From an uncultured Candidatus Saccharibacteria bacterium (GTDB lineage Bacteria; Patescibacteriota; Saccharimonadia; Saccharimonadales; Saccharimonadaceae): a stretch of 50,881 bases of DNA. A program made the translations under genes and the position numbers. Below are positions 21,305-31,855 of the stretch, piece by piece (position 1 is the first letter of the stretch; each line of letters begins with the position of its first letter). Below the pieces are notes generated by a model that searched no databases, had not been told where the DNA came from, and worked only from the letters and a program-made list of their open reading frames with translations. Location: contig CALFGG010000050.1 of NCBI GenBank assembly GCA_937958235.1, positions 1-50,881 on the forward strand, written 5' to 3'.

Positions 21305-21362
21305 ATCCCCTTTTAAACTCGTGAGATTTCTTTTAACAGATATTCTATGATAGAATATGCTT

Positions 21363-23171
21363 ATGAATGTATTGATCGTGGGCAATATAATTAAGGATAC
21401 TTACCTTGAATTTCCGAAACATCTATTTGAAGCTGGCGACCATGGTCGTGTTTTTCTCGATACAGAGTTTGACGAGGAAACCCTGCACTATAAGAATAAA
21501 GAAAGTGTACTGAGTGGCGCTAGCATCATTGACGAGGTATTAAAGAATTTTAAGCTAAATAGCCTACTATCAAACCAACAGGCTTTAGAAAACCATAAAT
21601 ACGACTGCCGCTACGTTCTGAAAACTGGTAATACTGTAAAATATCTAACAACAAATTTGTGTGGAAAGACTGACTTTTTAACACCGGAAACGAAGCCAGA
21701 TTGGATTTTTATTGACCGTTCGGCAAGACTCGGGATTGATGACTTAAAAAGATTAGAACGGTATCTAGAATTACATCAAGAAGTTAAATTGGCCATTCAT
21801 ACTAGTCAGATTTCCTGTGGATTTTTACATCAAGCAGATGATTTTATGGCAAAAGAAATTGCTAAAAATTTATATACAAAAGCTAAGCTAATTTTTGTGA
21901 CTGGTAAAAATACAGAGTTACTTTTACCACTAGAGTTCAGCCTAGATAATCAAAAGGTTTTTCTGATTACCCCAACCGCAATTACGAACGGAGAAGAAAG
22001 GGTCTTCTTAAAACGTAATAAGAAAGTTTTTCAGACCCATTTGACGATTTATTCCATTGCTGCCGGCACAATTTTCGCAGCGCTTTCGTCTGGTTGGAAT
22101 GTGAACCGTGCATTAAGATTTGCAAAAATAAATATCGAGAATGCCAAGATGAGTCGAACCCTAAGTATCGATAAATTATATAACAAATTAAAGGCCTCCC
22201 TCAAACAAGAGGATAATTTACGACTGATAGCCAAAGCACTGACTGCTGATTATAGAGGCATTTTAGCAATTGATGAATCAAAAAAATCAATTCGCCGTAA
22301 GCTTAAAAAATATGGTCTACCAGAAACACGGGCAGTACAAGAAGAATACCGTGAATTATTGGTGACAACGCCACGTATTAATGAATATTTAAATGGTATA
22401 ATTTTAGCCCAAGAAACAGTGGTGCAGAAAATAGCAAACGGCCAGAGTGTTCCTGAATTTTTAGCAGCAAAAGGCATTTTACCTGGAGTAAAAGTGGATC
22501 TTGGCCTTGAAAAGATACACAATCAAGTCAACTGCCTTACATGTGGACTTGAAGATCTAGACCAGAGGCTAAGCAGGTATTATAATTTGGGTCTTCGTTT
22601 TACAAAATGGCGTGCGGTCTTTGAGGTGGAAAAAAATTCACAAATCCCTGAAGGCGTGATTCAGAAAAATACAAGAGACCTAGCAGTCTATGCGAAAAAA
22701 GCACTTGAAAAAAAGCTGGTGCCAATTATAGAACCGGAAGTACTGCATGGAGAACAGAGTATTGCAGATTTTTATAAACACACGAAACAGGTCTTAGTCG
22801 CATTGTTCGAGAAACTGCAGGAGCTGGGGATTGATCTTGAATGTTGTATTTTAAAAATTAATATGATTTATGCCCGGGAAAACGAGCCTGAAGAGACTGG
22901 TCGCATGACAATGCGGTTAATCTCTGAAACTGTGCCAAAAAATATTGGTGGAGTGGTCTTTTTATCAGGTGGACAGAGTGAAGAGCAGGCAACAAAAAAT
23001 CTTCAAGCCATCATTAATGCGAATCAAGATAGGTATAGATTATCTTTCTCGTTTGGTCGCGCAATCCAGGATCCAGCATTAAAAATCTGGCAGGGTGAAC
23101 CCCAAAAGATCGATGATGCACAAACAGAATTAATTAAACAACTTAAACTAAACTGTCTGGCGCTAAAATAA
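21363..23171 (+). CDS. Class I fructose-bisphosphate aldolase fused to an N-terminal PfkB-like domain
   Basis: ILAIDES, GVKVD, FTKWR, IIEPE, LKINM (Schiff-base Lys), FLSGGQS, FSFGRA; N-terminal VGNIIKD strand pattern is PfkB-like. Confidence 0.88.
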   Translation: MNVLIVGNIIKDTYLEFPKHLFEAGDHGRVFLDTEFDEETLHYKNKESVLSGASIIDEVLKNFKLNSLLSNQQALENHKYDCRYVLKTGNTVKYLTTNLCGKTDFLTPETKPDWIFIDRSARLGIDDLKRLERYLELHQEVKLAIHTSQISCGFLHQADDFMAKEIAKNLYTKAKLIFVTGKNTELLLPLEFSLDNQKVFLITPTAITNGEERVFLKRNKKVFQTHLTIYSIAAGTIFAALSSGWNVNRALRFAKINIENAKMSRTLSIDKLYNKLKASLKQEDNLRLIAKALTADYRGILAIDESKKSIRRKLKKYGLPETRAVQEEYRELLVTTPRINEYLNGIILAQETVVQKIANGQSVPEFLAAKGILPGVKVDLGLEKIHNQVNCLTCGLEDLDQRLSRYYNLGLRFTKWRAVFEVEKNSQIPEGVIQKNTRDLAVYAKKALEKKLVPIIEPEVLHGEQSIADFYKHTKQVLVALFEKLQELGIDLECCILKINMIYARENEPEETGRMTMRLISETVPKNIGGVVFLSGGQSEEQATKNLQAIINANQDRYRLSFSFGRAIQDPALKIWQGEPQKIDDAQTELIKQLKLNCLALK

Positions 23172-23201
23172 AAAACCGCGATAGTTTTATCGTCGGTTTT
23201 T
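23171..23201. terminator. Bidirectional terminator between aldolase and uvrA
   Basis: AAAAACCG-CGATA...TATCG-T-CGGTTTTT between convergent genes. Confidence 0.75.
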
Positions 23202-23223
23202 ACTTACATTGACAGGGCTTATT

Positions 23224-26163
23224 TTAGTTTTTGAGGGCCTCACGCAGGAATTTACCAGTTGGGGTATCATCACGCTTTGATAACTGTTCAGGAGTACCTT
23301 CGGCAATAACCAAGCCGCCATGCTGGCCACCTTCTGGTCCCATATCAATCACCCAGTCAGCCGATTTAATAACATGCAAATTATGTTCAATAATCACCAT
23401 GGTATTGCCGCCATCAACTAAACGATTAAGGATTTGCAAGAGGCGCTTGACGTCGTCGGTATGTAGACCTGTAGTTGGCTCATCTAGAATATAGAGTGTC
23501 TTACCGGTGCTACGACGAGAGAGTTCGGTGGCGATTTTAATGCGCTGTGCCTCACCACCAGAGAAGGTAGTTGCGGACTGGCCAAGGCGAATATACCCAA
23601 GACCGACTTCTTGAATAGTCTTTAGTTTATTAACAATGACTGGAATATTCTCAAAGAAATCAACAGCCTCATCGATGGTCATATTTAAAACATCAGATAT
23701 GTCTTTACCCTTATATTTGACCTCGAGAGCTTCGCGATTATAACGCTTACCATGACAGGTTGGACAGGTTACGTAGACATCAGGTAAGAAATGCATCTCG
23801 ATCTTATTCACACCATCACCCTGACAGGTCTCACAGCGACCACCTTTAACATTAAAGCTAAAGCGGCCCGCCTTATAGCCTCGGATTTCAGCCTCGGGTT
23901 GGGCGGCAAAGAGCTCACGAATAGCGGTGAAGACACCAGTGTAGGTAGCAGGATTGGAGCGAGGAGTACGACCAATTGGGCTCTGATCAATCACAATACA
24001 TTTATCGAGATTTTCAATACCGTCAATACGGGTATGTTCGCCTGGCACAGTTTGGGCACGATGGAGCCTAGCAAGAAGTTCATTGGCAAGAATTTCGTTA
24101 ACTAGAGTGGATTTACCAGAACCGGAAACACCGGAAACCACGGTCATAACGCCAAGTGGAAAATGGACATCAATATTTTTGAGATTGTTTTCTCTAGCCC
24201 CAACAATAACAAGTTCTTTGCCAGATTTTGGCTGGCGGCGTTTCTTGGGGATGCCGATCTTATTTTTACCACTCAGATATAGACCAGTAAGAGACTGTTC
24301 ATTTTGCATAATTTCAGCAGGGGTACCTGCGGCCACCACGTGACCACCTCGAGAACCAGCACCAGGGCCAATATCAATTAGGTAATCTGAATTTAGCATC
24401 GTATCTTCGTCATGCTCAACGACAAGAACGGTATTCTTGAGGTCACGAAGATGTTTTAAAGTGGCGATTAGTTTATCATTATCGCGCTGGTGAAGACCAA
24501 TGGATGGCTCATCGAGAACATACAAAACACCTTGTAAGCCGGAACCGATTTGGGTGGCCAGACGAATACGCTGCGCTTCACCACCAGAAAGAGTATTAGC
24601 AGAGCGCCCGAGCTCAAGATAACCAAGACCTACGTCCTGCATGAATTTTACACGTTCCTTAATCACTTTCAGAATTGGTTTAGCGATCAATTCTTCAGCT
24701 TCGGAAAAACCTAGATCCTGTGAAAGAACTTCAATAGTCGAGTCAACATCTAGATTGCACATATCGACAATATTTAGGCCATGAATCGTAATGGCAAGAA
24801 CGACTGGTTTTAATCTGGCACCATGACAGGTCTGACATTCACGCACACGCATAAAACGTTCAATATCTTTACGCATAAAATCGGAGTCAGTTTCTCGATG
24901 GCGACGTTCAAGAGTCGGAATTACACCTTCATAGACTGATTCGTAGGTTGCCCCTTCTTGCCATTTACCAGAGCCGGAAATCTTGATTTGATATTTCTCT
25001 TCGCCGGTACCATAAAGAATCAGATGTCTTTCGGCATCAGTGAGTTCACCAATCGGGGTATGAACGGAAAAGCCATGGCGATTGGCGACGGCAGTAAGAC
25101 GCTTAAGCCACCAAGAATCACTCTGAACGCGATTAAACGGACGAATACCACCTTCGGCAATAGTGAGGTTATTATTGAAGACTAGGTTGGGATCAATTTC
25201 CATGCGAGTACCAAGACCGGTACAGGTTGGACAGGCACCTTGAGGCGCATTGAAGGAGAAGAGTCTTGGTTCAAGTTCAGGAATCAGCTCATCTGGATGA
25301 ACTGGACAAGCATAACGCTGCGAATAGGTGAGTACTTCGGTGTTTTGAGTACCCAAGGTTTTCCCCTCGATAGTGGAACTATTATCGTTGATCTTAAGTA
25401 ACTGAATAATGCCCTGGCCAAGCTCGAGCGCCTGTTCGATGGAGCTTGAGATGCGAGAATAAAGTTCAGTATTTAAAATAAAGCGATCGACGACTAATTC
25501 AATATCATGACGTTCCTGTTTTTCGAGTTCAGGAAACTCATCAAGAGCATAAACAATACCATCAACACGGACGCGTGAAAAACCTTTTTGAAGGTATTGC
25601 TCGGAAATGTGCTGAAATTCGCCTTTTTTCTGTTGGACCAGTGGGGCGAGTAGCATTAATTTGGAGCCGAGGGGCAATTTCATAACTTCATTAACGATGT
25701 CTTCGACTGAACGACGAGAGACCTCGCGATGGCAGATTGGACAATGGGGGACGCCAACACGCGCAAAAAGTAGACGAAGATAATCATAAACTTCGGTGAC
25801 GGTGGCCACGGTGGAGCGAGGGTTTCTTGAAGTGGATTTTTGATCAATGGAGATGGCGGGAGAGAGACCAGTGATGGTGTCAAAATCTGGTTTGTCCATC
25901 ACGCCGAGAAACATCCTGGCATAGGAGGAGAGAGACTCAACATAACGACGCTGACCTTCGGCATAAATAGTGTCGAAAGCAAGACTGGATTTACCGGAGC
26001 CAGAAAGGCCGGTGATGACAACTAGCTTATCGCGTGGAATATCCAAATCAATATTCTTAAGATTGTGCTGTCTGGCGCCACGCACCTTAATACAGTTCTC
26101 GGTCGATCCGCCCTGCAGTTCTATTCCCCCTTTGGATAATAGTCCATTACTCTCTTCGTTCAT
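23224..26163 (-). CDS. uvrA: Excinuclease ABC subunit A
   Basis: Two Walker A motifs ([16 protein letters not shown]), LSGGEAQR, zinc fingers; SD favours ATG at 26163. Confidence 0.98.
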   Translation of the reverse strand: MNEESNGLLSKGGIELQGGSTENCIKVRGARQHNLKNIDLDIPRDKLVVITGLSGSGKSSLAFDTIYAEGQRRYVESLSSYARMFLGVMDKPDFDTITGLSPAISIDQKSTSRNPRSTVATVTEVYDYLRLLFARVGVPHCPICHREVSRRSVEDIVNEVMKLPLGSKLMLLAPLVQQKKGEFQHISEQYLQKGFSRVRVDGIVYALDEFPELEKQERHDIELVVDRFILNTELYSRISSSIEQALELGQGIIQLLKINDNSSTIEGKTLGTQNTEVLTYSQRYACPVHPDELIPELEPRLFSFNAPQGACPTCTGLGTRMEIDPNLVFNNNLTIAEGGIRPFNRVQSDSWWLKRLTAVANRHGFSVHTPIGELTDAERHLILYGTGEEKYQIKISGSGKWQEGATYESVYEGVIPTLERRHRETDSDFMRKDIERFMRVRECQTCHGARLKPVVLAITIHGLNIVDMCNLDVDSTIEVLSQDLGFSEAEELIAKPILKVIKERVKFMQDVGLGYLELGRSANTLSGGEAQRIRLATQIGSGLQGVLYVLDEPSIGLHQRDNDKLIATLKHLRDLKNTVLVVEHDEDTMLNSDYLIDIGPGAGSRGGHVVAAGTPAEIMQNEQSLTGLYLSGKNKIGIPKKRRQPKSGKELVIVGARENNLKNIDVHFPLGVMTVVSGVSGSGKSTLVNEILANELLARLHRAQTVPGEHTRIDGIENLDKCIVIDQSPIGRTPRSNPATYTGVFTAIRELFAAQPEAEIRGYKAGRFSFNVKGGRCETCQGDGVNKIEMHFLPDVYVTCPTCHGKRYNREALEVKYKGKDISDVLNMTIDEAVDFFENIPVIVNKLKTIQEVGLGYIRLGQSATTFSGGEAQRIKIATELSRRSTGKTLYILDEPTTGLHTDDVKRLLQILNRLVDGGNTMVIIEHNLHVIKSADWVIDMGPEGGQHGGLVIAEGTPEQLSKRDDTPTGKFLREALKN

Positions 26164-26278
26164 TAATTCCCCTTTCTCAAAGTTGGTATATTCTATCATA
26201 TTTTGACCCAAAAAGCCAGCGAGCGGCTAGCCTGCTCTGATTTTGTCCAGAAAAATTTCAAATTGATATAATAGCTAT

Positions 26279-27868
26279 ATGAATTCACGTTTTGACCCAG
26301 ACCAGGCAGCATATTATAAGTCTGGGATGAAAAAATCTACTTGGCCTGATTCTTCGGATACCCAAAAGGATGAGCCGAGTTTCTTCTTTTACGACCTTGA
26401 GACGTCTGGGATTAGCCCACGTGAAGATCGCATTATGCAATTTGCTGGACAACGAACGAATCTTGAATTAGAGCCGCTTGGTGAGCCGGTGAATATTTTA
26501 ATTAAGTTAAATAATGACACATTACCAAGTCCGGAGGCGATTATGGTGACACATATTTTACCGCAAGAGACGGTCAAAAACGGAATGACAGAGGCGGAAT
26601 TTTGTCGTATTGCGATGAACGAAATTTTTACACCAGAAACTACTGCTTGTGGTTATAATTCTGTGCGTTTTGACGATGAACATATGCGCTATCTGTGGTG
26701 GCGAAATTTTTACGATCCATACGAGTGGCAGTGGAAGGATGGCAGGAGCCGCTGGGATCTATTAGATGTCGTACGAATGGTGCGAGCACTGAGACCGGAG
26801 GGCATAACTTGGCCAGTCATGGTCGACAAAGAATCTGGAAAAATAAAGCCGACCAATAAGTTAGAGCTTTTAACAAAATTAAATAAAATTGATCATTTTA
26901 AGGCGCATGATGCCCTATCTGATGTTGAAGCATTAATTGCGCTTGCCAAATTATTACGAAAAAAGCAGCCGCAAATTTTTGATTACCTATTAAAAATGCG
27001 TAACAAAAAAGAGGTCTTGAAGCTAGTCAATCTGAATACCCCTCAGCCTTTTGTCTATACTTCGGGTCGCTATAAATCTGATTATTTAAATACCACTGTG
27101 GCTTTTCCGATTGCGCCAAGTAAAAATGGGAATCTAATCGTATTCAATCTGCGATATAACCTTGAGGAGCTGCTTCGTGAGGAGAAAAATTTTAAGCCAG
27201 AAAGACGAGTGAGCCGACAAGGTAAGGAGTATATGACCTGGTTTGATTTCGGGGAAGCCGTGAAGGAATTTTGTCCAAACAAATGCCCTGCCGTGGCACC
27301 GATTTCCGTTCTTGACGTAGTGTCAGAGGAAGATTCAACAGATGAATTTGCGCCACACAGGGCAGGGACTTCTGGTTGGGAGAAAATTCAATTATCACCA
27401 GAAATGATCGAAAGGAATTTGCAGATTCTTTTAAAGCATCCTGATTTTATCGAAAGAATGCGTGGAGTTTACGAAAAGAAAACAGACTATCCGAAAAGCG
27501 ATGAGGTGGAAGCAAGTCTTTATGATGGATTCTTACCTGAAGCGGATCGTAGGGTTTGCCAAAAAATTCAGAGGGCGGACGCTGGAACACTCGGTGATTT
27601 TACGCCTAATTTCGCCGACGATAGATTACCGGATTTGTTTTTACATTTTAAGGGGCGTAATTTCCCACAGAGTTTAACAGAAGACGAAAACTTAAAATGG
27701 GAGGCAGATCGAAAAGCGAGAATCAAAAAACAAAGTGATAGATTCTTTGCTTCTCTCACGACCTTAAAGCAGCGAGGCGAAGCCGGCGAAACAACTTTTG
27801 ACGGCAGAGAAATTGATTTAAAGATTTTAGAAAAACTAGCTGAATGGTATAAAAAGTGTAGCGAATAG
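26279..27868 (+). CDS. sbcB: Exodeoxyribonuclease I
   Basis: DLETSG, QFAGQRT, GYNSVRFDDE, HDALSDV, NKCP. Confidence 0.95.
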   Translation: MNSRFDPDQAAYYKSGMKKSTWPDSSDTQKDEPSFFFYDLETSGISPREDRIMQFAGQRTNLELEPLGEPVNILIKLNNDTLPSPEAIMVTHILPQETVKNGMTEAEFCRIAMNEIFTPETTACGYNSVRFDDEHMRYLWWRNFYDPYEWQWKDGRSRWDLLDVVRMVRALRPEGITWPVMVDKESGKIKPTNKLELLTKLNKIDHFKAHDALSDVEALIALAKLLRKKQPQIFDYLLKMRNKKEVLKLVNLNTPQPFVYTSGRYKSDYLNTTVAFPIAPSKNGNLIVFNLRYNLEELLREEKNFKPERRVSRQGKEYMTWFDFGEAVKEFCPNKCPAVAPISVLDVVSEEDSTDEFAPHRAGTSGWEKIQLSPEMIERNLQILLKHPDFIERMRGVYEKKTDYPKSDEVEASLYDGFLPEADRRVCQKIQRADAGTLGDFTPNFADDRLPDLFLHFKGRNFPQSLTEDENLKWEADRKARIKKQSDRFFASLTTLKQRGEAGETTFDGREIDLKILEKLAEWYKKCSE

Positions 27869-27885
27869 CGAGGCATTTCAGAAAG

Positions 27886-27910
27886 AAAATAGCCCCACGA
27901 CTGTGGGGCT
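27886..27910 (-). terminator. Terminator downstream of the 27990-28448 gene (between convergent genes)
   Basis: AGCCCCAC-AGTC-GTGGGGCT-ATTTT. Confidence 0.8.
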
Positions 27911-27912
27911 TG

Positions 27913-27989
27913 AAATAGGAGGGGACAAAAGTCAAACCAAAAAAGACTGGTTGTATCTTTATTGGTATGAAATTTTACCCCTCCTATTT
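27913..27989. repeat. 77-nt imperfect hairpin with 12-bp terminal inverted repeat
   Basis: AAATAGGAGGGG (27913-27924) / CCCCTCCTATTT (27978-27989) plus inner ACCAATAAAGA/TCTTTTTTGGT stem. Confidence 0.85.
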
Positions 27990-28448
27990 TTACTTCATAT
28001 GTCTTCGGAGCCAGTTCCTGATAACGGTTGGTCCGAAGACAAGATCTCCTCTTCCGTTTCGCCAGAAGGTTAAATAACCATTCTGGTATAGGCTGTTGAG
28101 TACGCTCTCCAGCCATTCTGAAACAGCGACAACCATCGCGAAGTACATAGCTAAAAATACTGCACTTCTTAACAGTACCCAGATGGCGTAGATGACGGCA
28201 ACCGCCCATCCATACGACATCATGGTTGGTGCTCTGAACCTATCCCACTGCCTCATGTCGTACAAAACGACGGCAAGCAGGACTGACGCGGTTACGGCAA
28301 GCACGATGATGAGGCACCAAGCCCCACTAAATCGTGTACCGACGACCAAGGTGCCGTCTTTCTTTCTTCCTTGCACTTTCGGAAGAACGAGCCCTAATAA
28401 TATGGAACTCACGAAAAAAAATGAAAATAAAAAAATATAAAATCTCAT
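27990..28448 (-). CDS. Orphan membrane protein (3-4 TM)
   Basis: 152 aa hydrophobic protein, SD AAGGAGGGG, consensus promoter, terminator. Confidence 0.8.
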   Translation of the reverse strand: MRFYIFLFSFFFVSSILLGLVLPKVQGRKKDGTLVVGTRFSGAWCLIIVLAVTASVLLAVVLYDMRQWDRFRAPTMMSYGWAVAVIYAIWVLLRSAVFLAMYFAMVVAVSEWLESVLNSLYQNGYLTFWRNGRGDLVFGPTVIRNWLRRHMK

Positions 28449-28509
28449 GTTATACCCCTCCTTTTAAGGTGCTAATCTTCCGCTTTGTGCGGATAATGGT
28501 TACTGCTTT

Positions 28510-28538
28510 ATTATATAATACTATTGCTTATTTGTCAA
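28510..28538 (-). promoter_or_regulatory. Perfect consensus sigma70 promoter inside an 11-bp inverted repeat (28453-28463 / 28542-28552)
   Basis: TTGACA-N17-TATAAT on the minus strand. Confidence 0.9.
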
Positions 28539-28602
28539 TATAAGGAGGGGTAATGTAATATACGGTCTACGGCTAGCTTAGCGCTGTAGTTTTTTTGAAG
28601 AC

Positions 28603-29325
28603 TTAGGCGCCGATACTATTGATTTCAGATTGAAGTTTACGATACTTAACGTAGATTTGGTTATACTCAGTGGAAAGTTTCTTATAGTCTTCGGAGACTT
28701 CGATCGGAAGGACAAGGAATTTGAGTGGGGAGTTCTTACTGCCACAGATTTCGCGTTCACTACCATAGGCGAGTGGACTTGGAATATCAATCTCGCGAAC
28801 GCCACCAAAACGCATGCCCTTGATCCCCTCAGACCAGCCAGCGATCAAACTATTTGGATTGGTGACTGCAAGTGGCTCTTTGAGACTCTTTGGATTCTTG
28901 GCATCATCAAAGGAGGAGTCAAAAACAGATTCATTGGCACACCAACCAACATAATAAGCATAGTATGAAGTGGTTTTATCGGTGATTTCAGCACCAGTGC
29001 CATTTTTAAGGTCAAAGGTTTTGAGGCCGGCGTCTTCAACAGAGGTACCGTTATAAGCTTTAATCTTATTGCGGAAAGAGGCAAGTGTATCAAAATATTG
29101 CTTCGACATTTTATCAGAAGCAGATTTTAATTCGTCTTGTTTGGCGGAGAGCTCTTTAGTGACTACTGCAAGCTCTTCTTTTTTGGTGGAAGAAGTCTGC
29201 TTATTCTTTTCACCATTAAGCACGATCAAAGCATAAATTGCGATAGTAGAAGACAGGAGTAGAACGGCAATTACCCCAATTATAATACGCTGACCTAAAC
29301 TGGTCTTTAATTCTTTTTCTTGCAT
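28603..29325 (-). CDS. Membrane-anchored FKBP-type peptidyl-prolyl isomerase
   Basis: YVGW...VFDSS, LIAGWSEGIKGM..GGVREIDIPSPLAYG; N-terminal TM. Confidence 0.9.
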   Translation of the reverse strand: MQEKELKTSLGQRIIIGVIAVLLLSSTIAIYALIVLNGEKNKQTSSTKKEELAVVTKELSAKQDELKSASDKMSKQYFDTLASFRNKIKAYNGTSVEDAGLKTFDLKNGTGAEITDKTTSYYAYYVGWCANESVFDSSFDDAKNPKSLKEPLAVTNPNSLIAGWSEGIKGMRFGGVREIDIPSPLAYGSEREICGSKNSPLKFLVLPIEVSEDYKKLSTEYNQIYVKYRKLQSEINSIGA

Positions 29326-29356
29326 AAACCTCCTTTAGTTTTTCTCGGTATTTGTA

Positions 29357-31855
29357 TTAGATAATCTCAGCACCGAGCGCTGTAATATTTTGTTCAATTT
29401 GTTTCATTATAGCAGAGATTTCATCTGCACTCATAGTTTTTACCGTACTGGCAAAGCTAAGATGGAAGCTACAATTTCGGGTAGTGTCATTTTCTGATGG
29501 TCGATAGATGGAAACTGGCTCCAAGGTATGAATCAGAGAATCTTGGGCGAGAGCACGCGTGATTTCCTGTTCAAGTGTAGCATAAGAGACGGTGTCTGGA
29601 GTCTTAACAGTGAGATCACGCGAGACGGATGGGAAGCGACTGATCTTTTGTGCGCCACGCAAGATTCGAGGAGTATTAAGTAGTGGCTCAAGATTTAGCT
29701 CAAGGGCAGAAACTTCTTTTAGCTTCAGTTTTTTAAGTACAGAATGTTTAACCTCACCAAGACAACCAATGATCTCTTGTCCGAGCTGAATACGGACTGA
29801 ATGAAGCGGTTCAAAATATGGGTATTGCTGCTCCTGATATTCGATAAACTTAAAATCAAGACCAAGACGAGCGCCAAGGGCGAGACAAAGCTCTTTAATT
29901 CGATAGAAATCACCCTCAAGACAGATTGAGAGATGCGATTCGAGCTTTGGGGTTTGGTCCGCAAGAAAGCCAAAGGAGCGCTTGGCGACTTGATTCATTT
30001 CATAGAGAATAAAATCCTTATATCCAGCCTTTTGATTCTCATAGACCTTCTCAAGTAGGCTTGGAGTTATGGACTGCCTAAAACATTGGAGCTCTGGAGA
30101 GATAGAATTACTAATCTCGTAACTATCAGCGATATCTTCACCTACTTTTTGCTGAAGATTTTGCGAAACGAAGCTATAAGTTAGAAGCTCATTAGCGCCC
30201 TGTTGATCTGAAAGGATATTGCGAATTTCACTCTTGAGAGCAAAAAGCTGATTTTTTGGGCTACCTTTGAAAGGGCGGAGCGGAAGGGTTTGCGGAATAT
30301 TGTCAAAACCATTGAGACGGCCAACCTCCTCATAGAGATCCTCTTTAATATGGATATCGGTACGCCATAGCGGAGTGGTAACATTTAAGGACTGATTGTC
30401 TGGGAGAGTATCCACCACAAAACCAACATTAGAGAGCGTTTGTTTAACTTGCTCTAATGTAAAATTGGAACCCAGTGTTTGATTAAGGTCGCTTAGGTCA
30501 AGTTTAATGGTTTGCTGAGCAGGGCTTTGGGCAAGACAGTCAGCAAAAATGAGATTAGAAGTATCTTTAATACCAAGTTTTTCTAGGCAGGATTTTAACG
30601 CTGGCACTGTGCCAAAAACTGGTTGGCCTTTAGTGAAACGCGTAATAGCTTCAGAGAAAATACCGTGAGCCATTTGAGTTTTACGTAGGTTATAGAGACT
30701 GAAAGTGGCAGACTCGATGAGAATGCGCTTAGTGTTTGCATCAATTTCTGTATTTTTACCACCCATGGCGCCAGCTAGAGCAACTGGAATATCATTGGAG
30801 ATAATCACAATATCATTTGTATTAAGTTCGATTTCAGTATCATCAATTAAAGTGATTTTTTCACCTTCCCTGGCAGCACGTACAATGATTTTTGGGGAAT
30901 CGGTACCACCGATGGCAATGAATTTATCGTAGTCAAAGGCATGTAGAGGCTGGCCGGTTTCAAGCATGGTGAGGTTCGTTGCATCAACAATTGGCGAAAC
31001 AGGTCGCATGCCAGATTTATAGAGTAGAACGCCATCTTGAGTGAGGATGCGCTCAAAATCAGCAGAATCTTGATCAAGCTTAAGCTGGGTTTGATCGACG
31101 ATAACACAGGAATAGCGAGGACATAATATTTGATCCTGGATTTCAATAACTGGACTCTTGATATCTGAAGTGTTATTAGAATTACTACGGATAAATTCTG
31201 ATTGTGTAGCTAAGTCACCATCAAAGATTGCAGGATTTTTGAATGGCTGGCCTAGGATACCAGCAACTTCGCGAGCAAAACCAATCAAGCCAAAGGTATC
31301 AGGACGATGAGTGAGAGATTTGTTTTCAATATCGATAATCAGATCATCAAGATCTAGAGCTTCAATAATTGGAGTGCCCGGTTTAGCAAGATCAGGAGCA
31401 AGCTCAGCAATATATTTATGATCGGTACCAAATCCGAGCTCATCAGCGCCAGCAATCATGCCGTAACTTTCATAGCCACGAAGTTTACGGACAGATAGCT
31501 GGAAATTCTCTGTGCCATAAGTAGTAGGAACAATAGCGCCAGGAGCGAGCCAAACTACAAAGAGATCAGCACGGACGTTTGGTGCACCACAGACAACCTG
31601 AATTAAACCATTCTCTAATTTTCCAAATTCTTGATTGATTGGACCAGCGTCAACTTCACAGAGATGAAGATGAGTATCCGGAATATCAGTGCAGCTGACA
31701 ACTTTAGCAACGTAGATATTCTGATATTTTTCAGCTAGTTTTTCTGTACTCTCCACCTCAACTAAGCGAGAGCCGATAAGCTTCATCAGTTCTTCAGTAG
31801 AAAGAGAATCTGGAATTTTAACATAACGTTTTAGGGCATTAAGTGAAATAAGCAT
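29357..31855 (-). CDS. pheT: Phenylalanine--tRNA ligase beta subunit
   Basis: VCGAPNV, GQPLHAFD, EEVGRL, C-terminal FPSVSRDL domain. Confidence 0.97.
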   Translation of the reverse strand: MLISLNALKRYVKIPDSLSTEELMKLIGSRLVEVESTEKLAEKYQNIYVAKVVSCTDIPDTHLHLCEVDAGPINQEFGKLENGLIQVVCGAPNVRADLFVVWLAPGAIVPTTYGTENFQLSVRKLRGYESYGMIAGADELGFGTDHKYIAELAPDLAKPGTPIIEALDLDDLIIDIENKSLTHRPDTFGLIGFAREVAGILGQPFKNPAIFDGDLATQSEFIRSNSNNTSDIKSPVIEIQDQILCPRYSCVIVDQTQLKLDQDSADFERILTQDGVLLYKSGMRPVSPIVDATNLTMLETGQPLHAFDYDKFIAIGGTDSPKIIVRAAREGEKITLIDDTEIELNTNDIVIISNDIPVALAGAMGGKNTEIDANTKRILIESATFSLYNLRKTQMAHGIFSEAITRFTKGQPVFGTVPALKSCLEKLGIKDTSNLIFADCLAQSPAQQTIKLDLSDLNQTLGSNFTLEQVKQTLSNVGFVVDTLPDNQSLNVTTPLWRTDIHIKEDLYEEVGRLNGFDNIPQTLPLRPFKGSPKNQLFALKSEIRNILSDQQGANELLTYSFVSQNLQQKVGEDIADSYEISNSISPELQCFRQSITPSLLEKVYENQKAGYKDFILYEMNQVAKRSFGFLADQTPKLESHLSICLEGDFYRIKELCLALGARLGLDFKFIEYQEQQYPYFEPLHSVRIQLGQEIIGCLGEVKHSVLKKLKLKEVSALELNLEPLLNTPRILRGAQKISRFPSVSRDLTVKTPDTVSYATLEQEITRALAQDSLIHTLEPVSIYRPSENDTTRNCSFHLSFASTVKTMSADEISAIMKQIEQNITALGAEII

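Noticed and set aside
27568..28209. 213-aa minus-strand ORF
   Set aside because: Overlaps sbcB antisense, crosses a terminator and overlaps the better-supported 27990-28448 gene.
28542..28558. Plus-strand AAGGAGGGG-TA-ATG-TAA start-stop
   Set aside because: SD-to-ATG spacing of 2 nt is too short; better explained as the inverted repeat arm.
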